A DNA stretch of 64,000 nucleotides from Christensenella sp. UBA3217 (GCA_002363545.1 DEWF01000001.1:307049-371048), one strand, 5' to 3'. Counted from the stretch's first letter, positions 46,243 through 56,317 are shown. Numbers and translations are program-made. Notes: generated by a model from the sequence alone, not told the origin.

Positions 46243-47492
46243 CGCAACCTTTTCACCTCTGCTCCGAGTAATGTAAAGAGGGTTTCTATGCTTTCATAGC
46301 CCCTGTCTATATGTTCAACGCCATCCACCGTGGTGTACCCTTCGGCTTTTGCGCCTGCGATAACGAGCGCCGCACCGCCCCTAAGGTCCATGGCAGAAAC
46401 CGCCGCACCTTCCAAGGCTTTCACACCGCGTATCACGGCAGTACGGTCTTTGACCGTGATCTTGGCACCCATCTTGATGAGCTCCCGGACGATGCGGAAC
46501 CTTGTTTCAAAGATATTTTCAACGATCACGCCCGTCCCTTCCGATACCGCCATCATTACCATCATTTGCGATTGCAGATCGGTGGGAAAGCCGGGGTATG
46601 GTTGAGTTTCAAACTTATCGAGATTGCGCGGTCTGGCTTGACTGATCACTGATATTTTATCACCACGGGAGTCGATAAAGCAAGTGCATTTATTCAAATT
46701 GAATAAAAGTGGTTCCAAGTGCTCCCTCACGGCTCCCTTCACCGTAACCTTTCCACCGCAAACTCCACCCGCGATCAAGAGCGTCCCCGCCACGATACGA
46801 TCGGGAATGGGACGGTAAGTGCAACCGTGCAACTTTTGCACTCCTTCCACCTCAATTATGCTGCTCCCCGCACCGTTCACCTTACCGCCCATGGCGTTGA
46901 TAAAGTTTTGCAGATCGGTTATCTCGGGTTCTTTTGCGGCATTTGCAATACGCGTTTTTCCCTTTGCAAGAGCAGCCGCCATCATTAAGTTTTCGGTGGC
47001 TCCGACGCTGGGAAAATCCAAAAGAACGTTCGCACCTTTGAGTCTTGATCCGTCACAATACATCATTCCGTGGCTTTCTTCCACGCCGATTCCCATTTCA
47101 CGCAAGCCTTTGATGTGGATATCCAGCGGACGCACGCCGATATCGCACCCGCCCGGATATGCAACGACCGCACGATGCATTCTACCCAGAATGGGTCCCA
47201 AAAGGAAGAAGGAAGAACGCAGTTCTTTTGCAAGATCGTTGGGAACGTTGTGTTTATTCACGTTTGCGTTATCCACGGTGATAACGTTATCCTCAAAACG
47301 CACTTTTGAACCAAGCGTTTCAAGGATCTTTAACATATTGGAAATATCGGTGATATGCGGTACGTTTTCGATCTCACATTTATCCTCGGTAAGCAACGTG
47401 GCCGCAAGGATGGGGAGAACAGCGTTTTTAGCCGCCTTGACCGTCACCTCTCCGTTCAGTTCATTTCCGCCTTTGATCAACAATCTGCTCAT
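46239..47492 (-). CDS. murA: UDP-N-acetylglucosamine 1-carboxyvinyltransferase
   Basis: Motifs LLIKGGNELNGEVTVKAAKNAVLPILAA, the active-site Cys in YPGGCDIGVRPLD, and GFPTDLQSQ are present. Confidence 0.96.
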   Translation of the reverse strand: MSRLLIKGGNELNGEVTVKAAKNAVLPILAATLLTEDKCEIENVPHITDISNMLKILETLGSKVRFEDNVITVDNANVNKHNVPNDLAKELRSSFFLLGPILGRMHRAVVAYPGGCDIGVRPLDIHIKGLREMGIGVEESHGMMYCDGSRLKGANVLLDFPSVGATENLMMAAALAKGKTRIANAAKEPEITDLQNFINAMGGKVNGAGSSIIEVEGVQKLHGCTYRPIPDRIVAGTLLIAGGVCGGKVTVKGAVREHLEPLLFNLNKCTCFIDSRGDKISVISQARPRNLDKFETQPYPGFPTDLQSQMMVMMAVSEGTGVIVENIFETRFRIVRELIKMGAKITVKDRTAVIRGVKALEGAAVSAMDLRGGAALVIAGAKAEGYTTVDGVEHIDRGYESIETLFTLLGAEVKRLR

Positions 47493-47532
47493 CCTGCTCT
47501 CCGCTTTTTTGAAAGATACTACATCTTATGGC

Positions 47533-48711
47533 TTACGTTTGCAAGTTGCTACCACGCCGATTGACCGAAAGCAAGATGCCTATGGCGCTCATAAAACTGA
47601 CCAGAGAGCTTCCTCCCGCGCTCACCAAAGGGAGCGGTAAGCCCGTGGGCGGAATACACCCCGTGACAACCGCCAGGTTCACGGCAGTCTGAATGGCTAT
47701 CACAAAAGTGACCCCTGCTGCCAGAAGAGATTCAAACCTGGTTTTGGCATTTGCCGCGGTGGAAAAGCCAAAGAAAATAAGCGTTGCGAACAAGCACATT
47801 ACCACAACGGCACCCACGAGTCCAAGCTCTTCCCCGATGATCGAAAAGATAAAGTCCGACTCCGCAAACGGTAAAAAGAGGTACTTTTGTCTGCTTTGGA
47901 AAAGCCCCACGCCGAAAAGCCCCCCTCTTCCGAGCGCATAATAAGATTGTATCAACTGATAACCTTCTGCCTTAGGGGAAGCCCAAGGATCCAAAAACGC
48001 CATGAGCCGTTTTAAACGATAAGGTTCCAACAGAATCAGCACGGGAACGAGAAGCAAAGCCGGCACCAAAAGCAACAGCATCTTACCCGCCGAGATGCCG
48101 CCTGCAAGAAGCATAAAGAAAATAACGCACATTACGCACATCGTAATGCTCATATTGGGTTCCAACATGATGAGCAAACACATGGCGGCACCCGGTAAAA
48201 GGACAGCGGCAATATCTCGTAAACGACGTGCTCCTTTTTCGGAAAGATAGGATGCGGCAAAGATCACGTAACCGAATTTTGCCACTTCCGACGGTTGCAT
48301 TGTCATAAACCCCAAATTGATCCACCGTCTGGCGCCGTAGCTTTCCATGCCAAGACCGGGAAGAAAAATGATCCCCAAAAGCACAAAGGAAATAGCGAGG
48401 ATAACATAGCGCATTTTTTTCAACACAAAAGTGTCCAAGCGGGAAACTCCCGCCATTGCCGCGCACCCCACAAAAAGCGCAACGCCTTGTTTTTTTACAT
48501 AGTAAAACTCATCCCCGAAGTTTTTATTGGCGGAATAAGAGCTGGCGCTGTAAATCATCACCAACCCGAACACGGACAAAAGAAGGGTTAAACTTATGAT
48601 CGCCGCATTTCTTTTGCGATAAGCGCGCGAAAGAAAAGAGGACTGCGAAAGTAAGATAGACTTTTGGGCTTCAACGCCCAAATTCAGCGCGATACTTTTT
48701 GACGATCTCAT
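47533..48711 (-). CDS. ftsW: SEDS family peptidoglycan glycosyltransferase FtsW/SpoVE
   Basis: Motifs MQPSEVAKFG, FAESDFIFSIIGEELG and GLPLPLVSAGGSS are present. The ATG at 48711 has GGGGGA 9 nt upstream. The longer track ORF to 48804 is rejected. Confidence 0.9.
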   Translation of the reverse strand: MRSSKSIALNLGVEAQKSILLSQSSFLSRAYRKRNAAIISLTLLLSVFGLVMIYSASSYSANKNFGDEFYYVKKQGVALFVGCAAMAGVSRLDTFVLKKMRYVILAISFVLLGIIFLPGLGMESYGARRWINLGFMTMQPSEVAKFGYVIFAASYLSEKGARRLRDIAAVLLPGAAMCLLIMLEPNMSITMCVMCVIFFMLLAGGISAGKMLLLLVPALLLVPVLILLEPYRLKRLMAFLDPWASPKAEGYQLIQSYYALGRGGLFGVGLFQSRQKYLFLPFAESDFIFSIIGEELGLVGAVVVMCLFATLIFFGFSTAANAKTRFESLLAAGVTFVIAIQTAVNLAVVTGCIPPTGLPLPLVSAGGSSLVSFMSAIGILLSVNRRGSNLQT

Positions 48712-49933
48712 CAAAAGCCATCCCCCTTTCCTCAAAGTTTCTGTACGAATCAAAAGACGCCGAAGCCGGCGAAAAGAGCAACACTGCCAAAGGATCTTTT
48801 GCAAAATCCTTTACACAACTATCCAAATCGGACATAGGCACACAGCGCTTTCTGATCTCTTGCTCCGCCGCAAGATACATTTCACGCGCATTCGCTCCTG
48901 TTAGGTAGATCCTTTTAACGGAGTCCCCCATACCTTTCATAAGGCGTTTATAATCCTCGCCTTTATCACTTCCGCCCAAGATCAAAGCGGCGGGTTCGGA
49001 AAGAAGAGAAACGGCAAACAGAGTTGCATCGATATTCGTTCCTTTACTGTCGTTTATGACCTGCGCGCCGCAAAGCGTGCCTATTTCTTGCATGCGATAG
49101 ACGGGAATTGGAACTTTGTCGTATACCGAAAGAAAAGCCCGCTTGACGCCGCAATAGGAAGAGGCAACGGCAAAGGCACAAAGATAATCAAGGTCATACC
49201 CTTTTCCCCTTGATGGTTTGGGTAAAGAATAACTTTTACCCCCGTGGTAGATCACACCTTCTTTCAAATAATAATCCGCATTGCGGTCCTTTTGCGAATA
49301 ACGTATGGCGGAAAGAAAACGACTTTGTGTTTTATCGTCACCGTTTATCACTTGGAGCTGTGCTTTTTCAAGCAAAGATAATTTGATGTTTTGGTAACGT
49401 TCTCGATTTTGGTGCCTGTCAAGGTGATCTTCCCCAACGTTGGTAAGGGCGGCGATCTGCGGGTGGAAAAGCCCGCTTTGTTCTATCTGAAAACTGCTTA
49501 TTTCCAGCACAACGCTGTCTTTTTTTGCAATATGCTCCGTTTCCCGTATGAAAGGGACTCCCACGTTTCCCAGCAAATGGCTCCTTCCCACGGCGGAAAG
49601 CATGCGGTGAAGGATGTGACAGGTGGTGGTCTTTCCGTTCGTACCGCTGATGGCAAAAATATGTTTGGAATCACAGTTTATGTAAGCAAGATCGATCTCG
49701 GAAAGAATAGGTACCGCGTTTTCCCTCAATTTAACAACGGCGCGATTGGTAAAGGGCACCCCCGGACTGATCACAGCAAAATCATATTCGCCGCAAAGCG
49801 CCTCTTCGCGGTCAACGCATCGATGATCGTCATACGCCCTAACCTGCGCCCCATGCCTTTTCAAAAAGGCGCAAACGGCCTCCCCGCTTTTCCCCATTCC
49901 CAAAACTATTACCCGTTTATTATTGTATTCCAT
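48671..49933 (-). CDS. murD: UDP-N-acetylmuramoylalanine--D-glutamate ligase
   Basis: Motifs RVIVLGMGKSGEAV and the P-loop SGTNGKTTT are present. The ATG at 49933 is the chosen start, because the track start at 49945 is TTG. Confidence 0.93.
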   Translation of the reverse strand: MEYNNKRVIVLGMGKSGEAVCAFLKRHGAQVRAYDDHRCVDREEALCGEYDFAVISPGVPFTNRAVVKLRENAVPILSEIDLAYINCDSKHIFAISGTNGKTTTCHILHRMLSAVGRSHLLGNVGVPFIRETEHIAKKDSVVLEISSFQIEQSGLFHPQIAALTNVGEDHLDRHQNRERYQNIKLSLLEKAQLQVINGDDKTQSRFLSAIRYSQKDRNADYYLKEGVIYHGGKSYSLPKPSRGKGYDLDYLCAFAVASSYCGVKRAFLSVYDKVPIPVYRMQEIGTLCGAQVINDSKGTNIDATLFAVSLLSEPAALILGGSDKGEDYKRLMKGMGDSVKRIYLTGANAREMYLAAEQEIRKRCVPMSDLDSCVKDFAKDPLAVLLFSPASASFDSYRNFEERGMAFDEIVKKYRAEFGR

Positions 49934-50930
49934 ATATCCCCACAACGGCGGAGAGGATCGCCAATACCCCCATCAAAAGAGTGACGATCGAATAGATCGC
50001 GCAGATCTTTGCCTCTCCGAACCCTTTCTTTTCAAGGTGATGATGAAAGGGAGCCATCAAAAAGATCCTCTTCCCGTGGGTCAACTTAAAATATGCTACT
50101 TGCAAGAGTATTGATATGCCGGAAACCGCATACATTATGCCAACGAGCACCACGCAAAAAGGTTGCTTGGAAAAGAGCGCAATAGCCGCCGAAGCACCGC
50201 CAAGTGCCAGTGAACCGGTATCTCCCATAAAAATAGAGGCTTTATTGGTGTTGAAAAGCAAAAAAGCAAGAACTCCGCCGATCAACGCCGCGTCAAAGAG
50301 GAGTAGCGTTTGGTCAGCCACCCCCGCAAACACGCAAAGCACGATCACCACGCCATACACGAATAAATACACCACGCTACACCCCGAAGCCAACCCGTCC
50401 AAACCATCCGTGAGATTTACACAGTTGGAAAGCGCCAAATAAAGAAAACAGGCAAAGGGGATATACCACCGCCCAAGATCTATCTCTTTACCGTAAAAAG
50501 GAAAATATACACCACTACCGATGGTGGGAGTTCTGTATGCATAAAATGCCACGATAACGGCAATGGCGGCTTGTCCCACGATTTTTTGATAAGGACGAAG
50601 CCCTTGATTGTCTTTTGTTTTGATCTTGATAAAGTCATCTAAAAAGCCAAGCACCGCAAAGGAGATCATGACGATGGCGGCTATTAGTCCAACGGAAAGC
50701 CCCTCCCCCATATTCATTACCAAAGTGACGAGAAAGGCGGGAAGCAAAAAGATAAACCCGCCGAAGGTGGGGGTCCCCGCTTTTTTCGCATGCTGTTCCA
50801 CGTAACATAAGATAGGCTGCCCCGCCTTTGCCTTCTTTGCAAGAGCAATCACCAAGGGGGCAAAGAGCAAGCCAATGAAAAAAGATACCAAAAGAGCCGC
50901 AAGCGACCGAATCAACCAAACGTTTTCCAA
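49920..50930 (-). CDS. mraY: phospho-N-acetylmuramoyl-pentapeptide transferase
   Basis: Motifs LDDFIKI, NCVNLTDGLDGLA, MGDTGSLALGG and APFHHH are present. The TTG start at 50930 is uncertain by a few codons. Confidence 0.94.
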   Translation of the reverse strand: MENVWLIRSLAALLVSFFIGLLFAPLVIALAKKAKAGQPILCYVEQHAKKAGTPTFGGFIFLLPAFLVTLVMNMGEGLSVGLIAAIVMISFAVLGFLDDFIKIKTKDNQGLRPYQKIVGQAAIAVIVAFYAYRTPTIGSGVYFPFYGKEIDLGRWYIPFACFLYLALSNCVNLTDGLDGLASGCSVVYLFVYGVVIVLCVFAGVADQTLLLFDAALIGGVLAFLLFNTNKASIFMGDTGSLALGGASAAIALFSKQPFCVVLVGIMYAVSGISILLQVAYFKLTHGKRIFLMAPFHHHLEKKGFGEAKICAIYSIVTLLMGVLAILSAVVGIYGIQ

Positions 50931-50939
50931 AGGAAATAC

Positions 50940-52373
50940 CTACCTATCAAGTTCTCGTAAGACCCAAAAGTCGTTATACGGTAGTTTTTGCCCTTTTATC
51001 TCCATCGTATTCTCGTGACCTTTACCGGCGATCACGATGGTATCCCCTTCTTCGGAAAGCTCAAAAGCCCTTTGAATGGCTTTTTTTCGATCCAACACGA
51101 TCTCACAAAAGCAATCGGCAAGCACCCCATTTTGTATTGCTTTGGCAATTGCTTCTTCCTCTTCCTCTCTCGGGTTATCATCCGTGATGATCACCTGATC
51201 GGAATAACGGGAAGCGATCTCCCCCATTAAGGGACGTTTGGAGCGATCCCTGTTCCCACCGCAACCGAAAACCGTGATAAGAGCCCTTTTCTTGTTCTCT
51301 TTTGCGTCTTTAAGCAGGTTTTCCAATCCGTCGGGTGTGTGCGCGTAATCCACGATCACCTTTCTCCCTTTAACCATCATCACTTCATACCGTCCCGGCA
51401 CTCTTTTCATTTTTCCCAAAGCGCAAGCGATCACGGGAAGCGGCACGCCGAAATACATAGCTGTTGCCGTTGCCGCCATAACGTTATAAACGTTAAATGT
51501 GCCAAACAATGCAGTGCGTATCTCCTCAATGCGATCAAAGGCATTGAGGGTAAAGCGCAAGCCGTTCTCCCCTTCTTCGCGGTCAATCGCAAAAACGTCT
51601 GCGGGGTTATTCAGTCCGTACGTGATAACGGGAACCGTATGCGATGCGATCAATTTACGTCCGTATTCGTCATCCGAATTCACAATGGCAAGCGCGGTAT
51701 TGGCGTGTGTAAAGTAGGATAGTTTGGTTGCCGCATAATTCTCCATGTTTTGGAAAAAGTCCAAATGATCTTGCGTGATATTGGTAAAAATGGTCGCCTT
51801 GGCTTTTATGCCCGCAAGTTTGCGGTAATAGATCGCGTGAGCCGAGGCTTCAAGTATCACGTACTCCACCCCCTTTTCAAGCATATCCGCCAAGTTTTTA
51901 TGCAATTCAACGGGATCGGGCGTGGTCAAGCACCCCTCTTTTCGCAAACCGTCCACTTTATAGCCAAGCGTTCCTATCGTTGCGGCGGAATAACCCGCGT
52001 GTGTAAAGATCTCACATAGAATATCAGCGGTGGAAGTCTTCCCGTTTGTGCCAACGACGGTGATGATCTTTAATTCTTCTGCCGGATTATGATAAAAATT
52101 CCCCGCAATTTTAGCAAGCGCCACACGGGTATCTTCCACGATGAATTGAGGAAGACCGCTTTCGACTTCCCGTTCCGTCAACAGCGCAACGGCACCTCTC
52201 TCTTCCGCTTGGTGCACGTAATCGTGCCCATCCAATCTTCCTCCTGTCAAACAAACGAATAGGCTTCCTTCCGAAACGCACCTGCCATCGGTATCTATTT
52301 TGGTTATTTCCGCCTTTTTATAATGCAACACTTGCTTTACCGCAACGTTTCTGAGCAAGGAACAAACGTCCAT
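50940..52373 (-). CDS. murE: UDP-N-acetylmuramoyl-L-alanyl-D-glutamate--2,6-diaminopimelate ligase
   Basis: Motifs VGTNGKTST, the DNPR motif (ITDDNPREEE, meso-DAP type) and AGKGHE are present. The ATG at 52373 has GGAGGA 6 nt upstream. Confidence 0.94.
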   Translation of the reverse strand: MDVCSLLRNVAVKQVLHYKKAEITKIDTDGRCVSEGSLFVCLTGGRLDGHDYVHQAEERGAVALLTEREVESGLPQFIVEDTRVALAKIAGNFYHNPAEELKIITVVGTNGKTSTADILCEIFTHAGYSAATIGTLGYKVDGLRKEGCLTTPDPVELHKNLADMLEKGVEYVILEASAHAIYYRKLAGIKAKATIFTNITQDHLDFFQNMENYAATKLSYFTHANTALAIVNSDDEYGRKLIASHTVPVITYGLNNPADVFAIDREEGENGLRFTLNAFDRIEEIRTALFGTFNVYNVMAATATAMYFGVPLPVIACALGKMKRVPGRYEVMMVKGRKVIVDYAHTPDGLENLLKDAKENKKRALITVFGCGGNRDRSKRPLMGEIASRYSDQVIITDDNPREEEEEAIAKAIQNGVLADCFCEIVLDRKKAIQRAFELSEEGDTIVIAGKGHENTMEIKGQKLPYNDFWVLRELDR

Positions 52374-52375
52374 AT

Positions 52376-54277
52376 TCAATCCTCCGACAATGTTAGCAAT
52401 ACGATGCTGTTATTATTCACGATCTCTCCCGCTGCAGGGTATTGTGCAATGACCCTTCCCCCCGTTCCGCTCAGTTCCAAGTGGAGTCCTAACCTGTTCA
52501 CGGCAGTGATTGCGCTCCCTGCCGTCATATCAGAAAGGTCCGGCATCTCAAAGTAAGTAAGTTTGATCACTTCTTCGGTGGGCTTGATCTGCTTATATTC
52601 AAAGATCTTTGAAAAGATCTGTCCCACATATGGAGCCGCCACCAAACTGCCGTAATAACGATACCCCATCGGCTCATCCACCATGAAATACACGATATAT
52701 TCGGGATCTTCCACCGTGCTGAATCCGATAAAAGAGGAAACATATTTCCCCGCCGCGATCCTTCCGTTCTCATACTTTTGCGCCGTTCCCGTTTTTCCAC
52801 CGATCGAATATCCTGCCACACCGGCAAGTTTTCCGCTTCCGAGTGAAACGACGTTTTTCAAAAGACGGCGAACCGTGGCGCTGGTTTGTTCCGAGATCAC
52901 CCGTCCTCGATCGGCAGGATAACTTCGAATCACCTCTCTTCCCCCCGAGTCGGTGACCGCCTGCATCAAATAAGGCGTCACCACCTTTCCGCCGTTTACC
53001 GCCGCGGCGGTTGCCACGATGAGCTGCATAGGGGTGATGGCAATGGCTTGACCGAATCCGATACGAGCGGCGTCCACCGTTTTCACAGCACTCTTGTTTA
53101 ACAAAATGGAAGAGGTTTCCCCAACGCAATCTATCCCCGTCTTACGAGTTAAGCCGAATTTTTCAAAATATTGATACATTCTGTCAACACCGATGCGTTC
53201 GGCAAGCGCCATAAAAACGCAGTTGCAGCTGTTTTGCACCCCTTCCGCAAAGGTTTGACTCCCGTGCCCGATAGACTTCCAGCAACGAATACGCTTTCCA
53301 TCCACCACTCTGGCTCCTGCACAATAAAACCTCTCTTCCTCCCTAACCACTCCCAAGGAGAGTGCAATGGCTGTGGTTAAGATCTTAAAGGTGGAACCCG
53401 GCTCATAAACCGAAGTGATCGCATTGAGTTTCATTTTGGAAAACAACGAAGAAACGTCGCTTCTATCAATATGGTTTAGATCAAAAGACGGCGCCTGTGC
53501 CATGGCGGTTATCGCACCCGTTTTGGCATTCATCACCACACAGTTCGCACTCTTTGCATTATACTCGGAAAGTGCGGAATTTACTGCATTTTCAGCAAAA
53601 AATTGAATGGTGGAATCAATGGTCAGCTTCAAGTTTAATCCATCGGTTGCGGGAAGGTAAGATATCTCACCGCTGAGCTCCTTTCCAACAAGATCGGTTT
53701 CGGTAAGTTCCTTTCCGTCTTGCCCTTTCAAATACTCGTTGTAATAACTCTCCAAGCCTGCTTGACCGTCCCCATCTGCGTTGACGAAGCCAAGCAACTG
53801 CGAAAGATAATTCCCATATCGATAGTACCTTTCTATATCACGCCCAAAATAAATGCCGTCTATTCCCGAGTCGATCAAAGCCTGCATATCTTGTTTGGAA
53901 AGTTTTTTTGCTACCGTGATCTCGGAAACACCTTTTTTGGATATCTTTTTCAATATTTCATCATAGTCTTCGTTCAACACTTGGGAAATGGCTCTTGCGC
54001 TGTTTTCCACAGACGAGGTTGCATTGGGACGAACGTAAAGAGTATAGGTCGTATTGCAACCGGCCAGTTCGTTCCCGTTGCAATCGAGAATACTGCCGCG
54101 CACCGCCTTCAAAGGAACATCACGCGTCCATTGGTCCAATGCCCGCGCCTGTAAAGACTTCCCTTTTACGATTTGAAGAAAAAAGAGTTTCCCGCCAACG
54201 ATAAAAAAAATAAAGGTTATCAGCATCATTCCTGCAAATAACCTTCTTTTGATTGATATTTGTGATTGTAAATTCAA
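52376..54277 (-). CDS. class B penicillin-binding protein (FtsI/PBP2B/SpoVD type) with a C-terminal PASTA domain
   Basis: It has an N-terminal TM segment. The transpeptidase motifs are SxxK in PGSTFKIL, SxN in QNSCNC and KTG in GGKTGTAQ. The C-terminal PASTA-like region is EMPDLSDMTAGSAITAVNRLGL. The start is the TTG at 54277. Confidence 0.92.
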   Translation of the reverse strand: MNLQSQISIKRRLFAGMMLITFIFFIVGGKLFFLQIVKGKSLQARALDQWTRDVPLKAVRGSILDCNGNELAGCNTTYTLYVRPNATSSVENSARAISQVLNEDYDEILKKISKKGVSEITVAKKLSKQDMQALIDSGIDGIYFGRDIERYYRYGNYLSQLLGFVNADGDGQAGLESYYNEYLKGQDGKELTETDLVGKELSGEISYLPATDGLNLKLTIDSTIQFFAENAVNSALSEYNAKSANCVVMNAKTGAITAMAQAPSFDLNHIDRSDVSSLFSKMKLNAITSVYEPGSTFKILTTAIALSLGVVREEERFYCAGARVVDGKRIRCWKSIGHGSQTFAEGVQNSCNCVFMALAERIGVDRMYQYFEKFGLTRKTGIDCVGETSSILLNKSAVKTVDAARIGFGQAIAITPMQLIVATAAAVNGGKVVTPYLMQAVTDSGGREVIRSYPADRGRVISEQTSATVRRLLKNVVSLGSGKLAGVAGYSIGGKTGTAQKYENGRIAAGKYVSSFIGFSTVEDPEYIVYFMVDEPMGYRYYGSLVAAPYVGQIFSKIFEYKQIKPTEEVIKLTYFEMPDLSDMTAGSAITAVNRLGLHLELSGTGGRVIAQYPAAGEIVNNNSIVLLTLSED

Positions 54278-54283
54278 TTACAT

Positions 54284-54928
54284 TTAGCCCCCGAATACCC
54301 CGTTCAACCAGTTACAAAACTTGTCGAAGCCATTTTGCTTTTCTTTGGCACCTTTGGCTTGGCTGGGGATCTCCACCGCAACCACTTCGCCGCTACTTAA
54401 TAGAATGTAATTCTCACCGCCAAGCAAAACGGGTGCTTCGGTACCTTCGAGCGCCGCGGCGCCGGTATCTATCTCTCCTTCTCCATCTTCCGCGCTTGCA
54501 GAGATGGGGGTAAGGTTTTTGGTCATAACGGTTTCTTGACGACCGAGCCCGATCACCGAAAGGCTAACAGCCAAAATGGCAATCAAAGCCACGAGCATGT
54601 ACGCAGCCACAAACACACGGTTATTCCTTCTGCGTGCCGGCCTATTTTCGTTGGCGTGCTTTCTATCCCAAAACTTATCGTAATTGTTTTCCGCCGTTCC
54701 GATGTTGGACATATAGAAGCTGTATCTTGCTTCATCAGACCTTTCCAAGCGGGTCCTCGTTGCAGGGCGTTCAAGGGACTCCATAAGGGAGTCACGATAG
54801 GATGAAGAGGTACGAAGACGATCCGCTTCGTATCTGTTTTCATAGTCGTAGCGCGCAATACGATCGTCTTGCGGACGATAGGCATATTGATCGTCATATC
54901 TGACTCTTTCGCGTTCACTCACTAACAT
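54284..54928 (-). CDS. hypothetical bitopic membrane protein in the ftsL position of the dcw cluster
   Basis: The ATG at 54928 has AAGGAG 8 nt upstream; the track start at 54937 is GTG. The N-terminal half is rich in Arg, Tyr, Asp and Glu and looks disordered. It has one TM segment (VFVAAYMLVALIAILAVSLSVIGL) and an external tail of about 75 aa. I recognised no family motif. Confidence 0.6.
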   Translation of the reverse strand: MLVSERERVRYDDQYAYRPQDDRIARYDYENRYEADRLRTSSSYRDSLMESLERPATRTRLERSDEARYSFYMSNIGTAENNYDKFWDRKHANENRPARRRNNRVFVAAYMLVALIAILAVSLSVIGLGRQETVMTKNLTPISASAEDGEGEIDTGAAALEGTEAPVLLGGENYILLSSGEVVAVEIPSQAKGAKEKQNGFDKFCNWLNGVFGG

Positions 54929-54948
54929 TCTATTCACTCCTTTACAGT

Positions 54949-55869
54949 TTATTCCTTTTTCTCTGCGATCCTGAGTTTTGCGCTTTTGGACCTGGGATTG
55001 ATCTCTTCTTCTTCCTTTGAAGGAAGAATGGGTTTCTTGGTAATAACCTCTACTTCACTCACCTTTCCGCAAGTGCAGATGGGTGCTTTTGGCGGACAGA
55101 TGCAATCCAATTCAGCATATCGGAAGGCTTGCTTTACGATCCTATCTTCCAAAGAATGGAAGGTGATCACGGCGATCCTTCCACCCTTTTTCAAGAGTTT
55201 GATCGCGCCAAGCACCGCTTCGTACAAGCCGGACAACTCTCCGTTGACCTCAATACGAATTGCTTGAAACACCCTTTTTGCGGGGTGCGATCCGCTAAAA
55301 CGCACTTTGGGCGGAATGCTTTTTTCAATGATCTTAACAAGCTCTGCCGTTCTAGTTAAAGGTTTTTGTGCCCTTTCCTTCACGATATTTGCTGCGATCT
55401 TTCTTGCATACGGCTCTTCCCCATATTTGAAAAAGACGTCTGCAAGTTGCTTTTCCGAATACTCATTGAGGACTTTTTCCGCCGTTAAGTAAGCGCTTTT
55501 ATCCATCCTCATATCCAACGGCGCGTCCACTCGGTAAGTAAAACCGCGCTCGGGAGTATCCAATTGATAGGATGATACGCCCAGATCCATCAAGATGCCA
55601 TCCAAGGGACCACCTTGCCAAGAAGCAATTGCCTCTTTAAAATCCGAATGGATAAACGTGGGGGCTTCTCCCAATCTTTCTTTTGCAAAGGTCAAGGCGT
55701 CTTGATCTTTATCGACTGCGAACAGCTTTCCATTCTTCAATCGTTTTAAGATCTCTTGGCTGTGCCCGCCTCCTCCGAGGGTGCAATCGAGATAATTGCC
55801 GTCCTTCTTGATCGCAAGCCCTTCGATGACTTCGGAAAGCATCACGGGGATATGACGGAACTCACTCAT
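54949..55869 (-). CDS. rsmH: 16S rRNA (cytosine1402-N4)-methyltransferase
   Basis: Motifs HIPVMLSEV, DCTLGGGGHS and DLGVSSYQLD are present. Confidence 0.96.
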   Translation of the reverse strand: MSEFRHIPVMLSEVIEGLAIKKDGNYLDCTLGGGGHSQEILKRLKNGKLFAVDKDQDALTFAKERLGEAPTFIHSDFKEAIASWQGGPLDGILMDLGVSSYQLDTPERGFTYRVDAPLDMRMDKSAYLTAEKVLNEYSEKQLADVFFKYGEEPYARKIAANIVKERAQKPLTRTAELVKIIEKSIPPKVRFSGSHPAKRVFQAIRIEVNGELSGLYEAVLGAIKLLKKGGRIAVITFHSLEDRIVKQAFRYAELDCICPPKAPICTCGKVSEVEVITKKPILPSKEEEEINPRSKSAKLRIAEKKE

Positions 55870-56295
55870 TTATTTAGCCTCGAACCGTCTGATGACCTTA
55901 CCCGGATTATCGCGCGCCAACGTTTCGTAATAAACGTCTTCACGCCAGATCTCCAACCTGTTAGCCACGCCAACGAAAAGCGCCTCTTCTTTCAGCCCCA
56001 TCATCTCACGAAGGATCTGCGGGATCTGATAACGGTCTTGACTGTCGGGGGCAAATTGGAAGGTATTGGCAAATATGATCCTGTGCTTGATATATTCCGG
56101 ATCGGAAGCTTCAAGTTTGGCGTATTTATCATAAAGCTGATCCATCATCTCTTCGGTATAAATGACCAAATTGTCCTGATCACCCAGGCTGATATAAAGA
56201 TTCTCTCCGAGAAGACTCTTGATCTTCGCGGGGATCCTGACCCTGCCTTTGGCGTCAATTTGATATTTATAAGTACCGCCGATGAATTTTCTCAA
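55870..56295 (-). CDS. mraZ: division/cell wall cluster transcriptional regulator MraZ
   Basis: The two SpoVT/AbrB-like repeats are IDAKGRVRIPAKIK and PDSQDRYQIPQILR. The TTG start at 56295 has a GGGGGAAAGG RBS upstream. Confidence 0.92.
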   Translation of the reverse strand: MRKFIGGTYKYQIDAKGRVRIPAKIKSLLGENLYISLGDQDNLVIYTEEMMDQLYDKYAKLEASDPEYIKHRIIFANTFQFAPDSQDRYQIPQILREMMGLKEEALFVGVANRLEIWREDVYYETLARDNPGKVIRRFEAK

Positions 56296-56317
56296 TCGCC
56301 TTTCCCCCTTTGTCCAT

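Noticed and set aside
47533-48804. The long (423-aa) version of ftsW starting at 48804.
   Set aside because: The extra 31 aa (MQKILWQCCSFRRLRRLL...) lie inside murD coding sequence. The ATG at 48711 has a good RBS.
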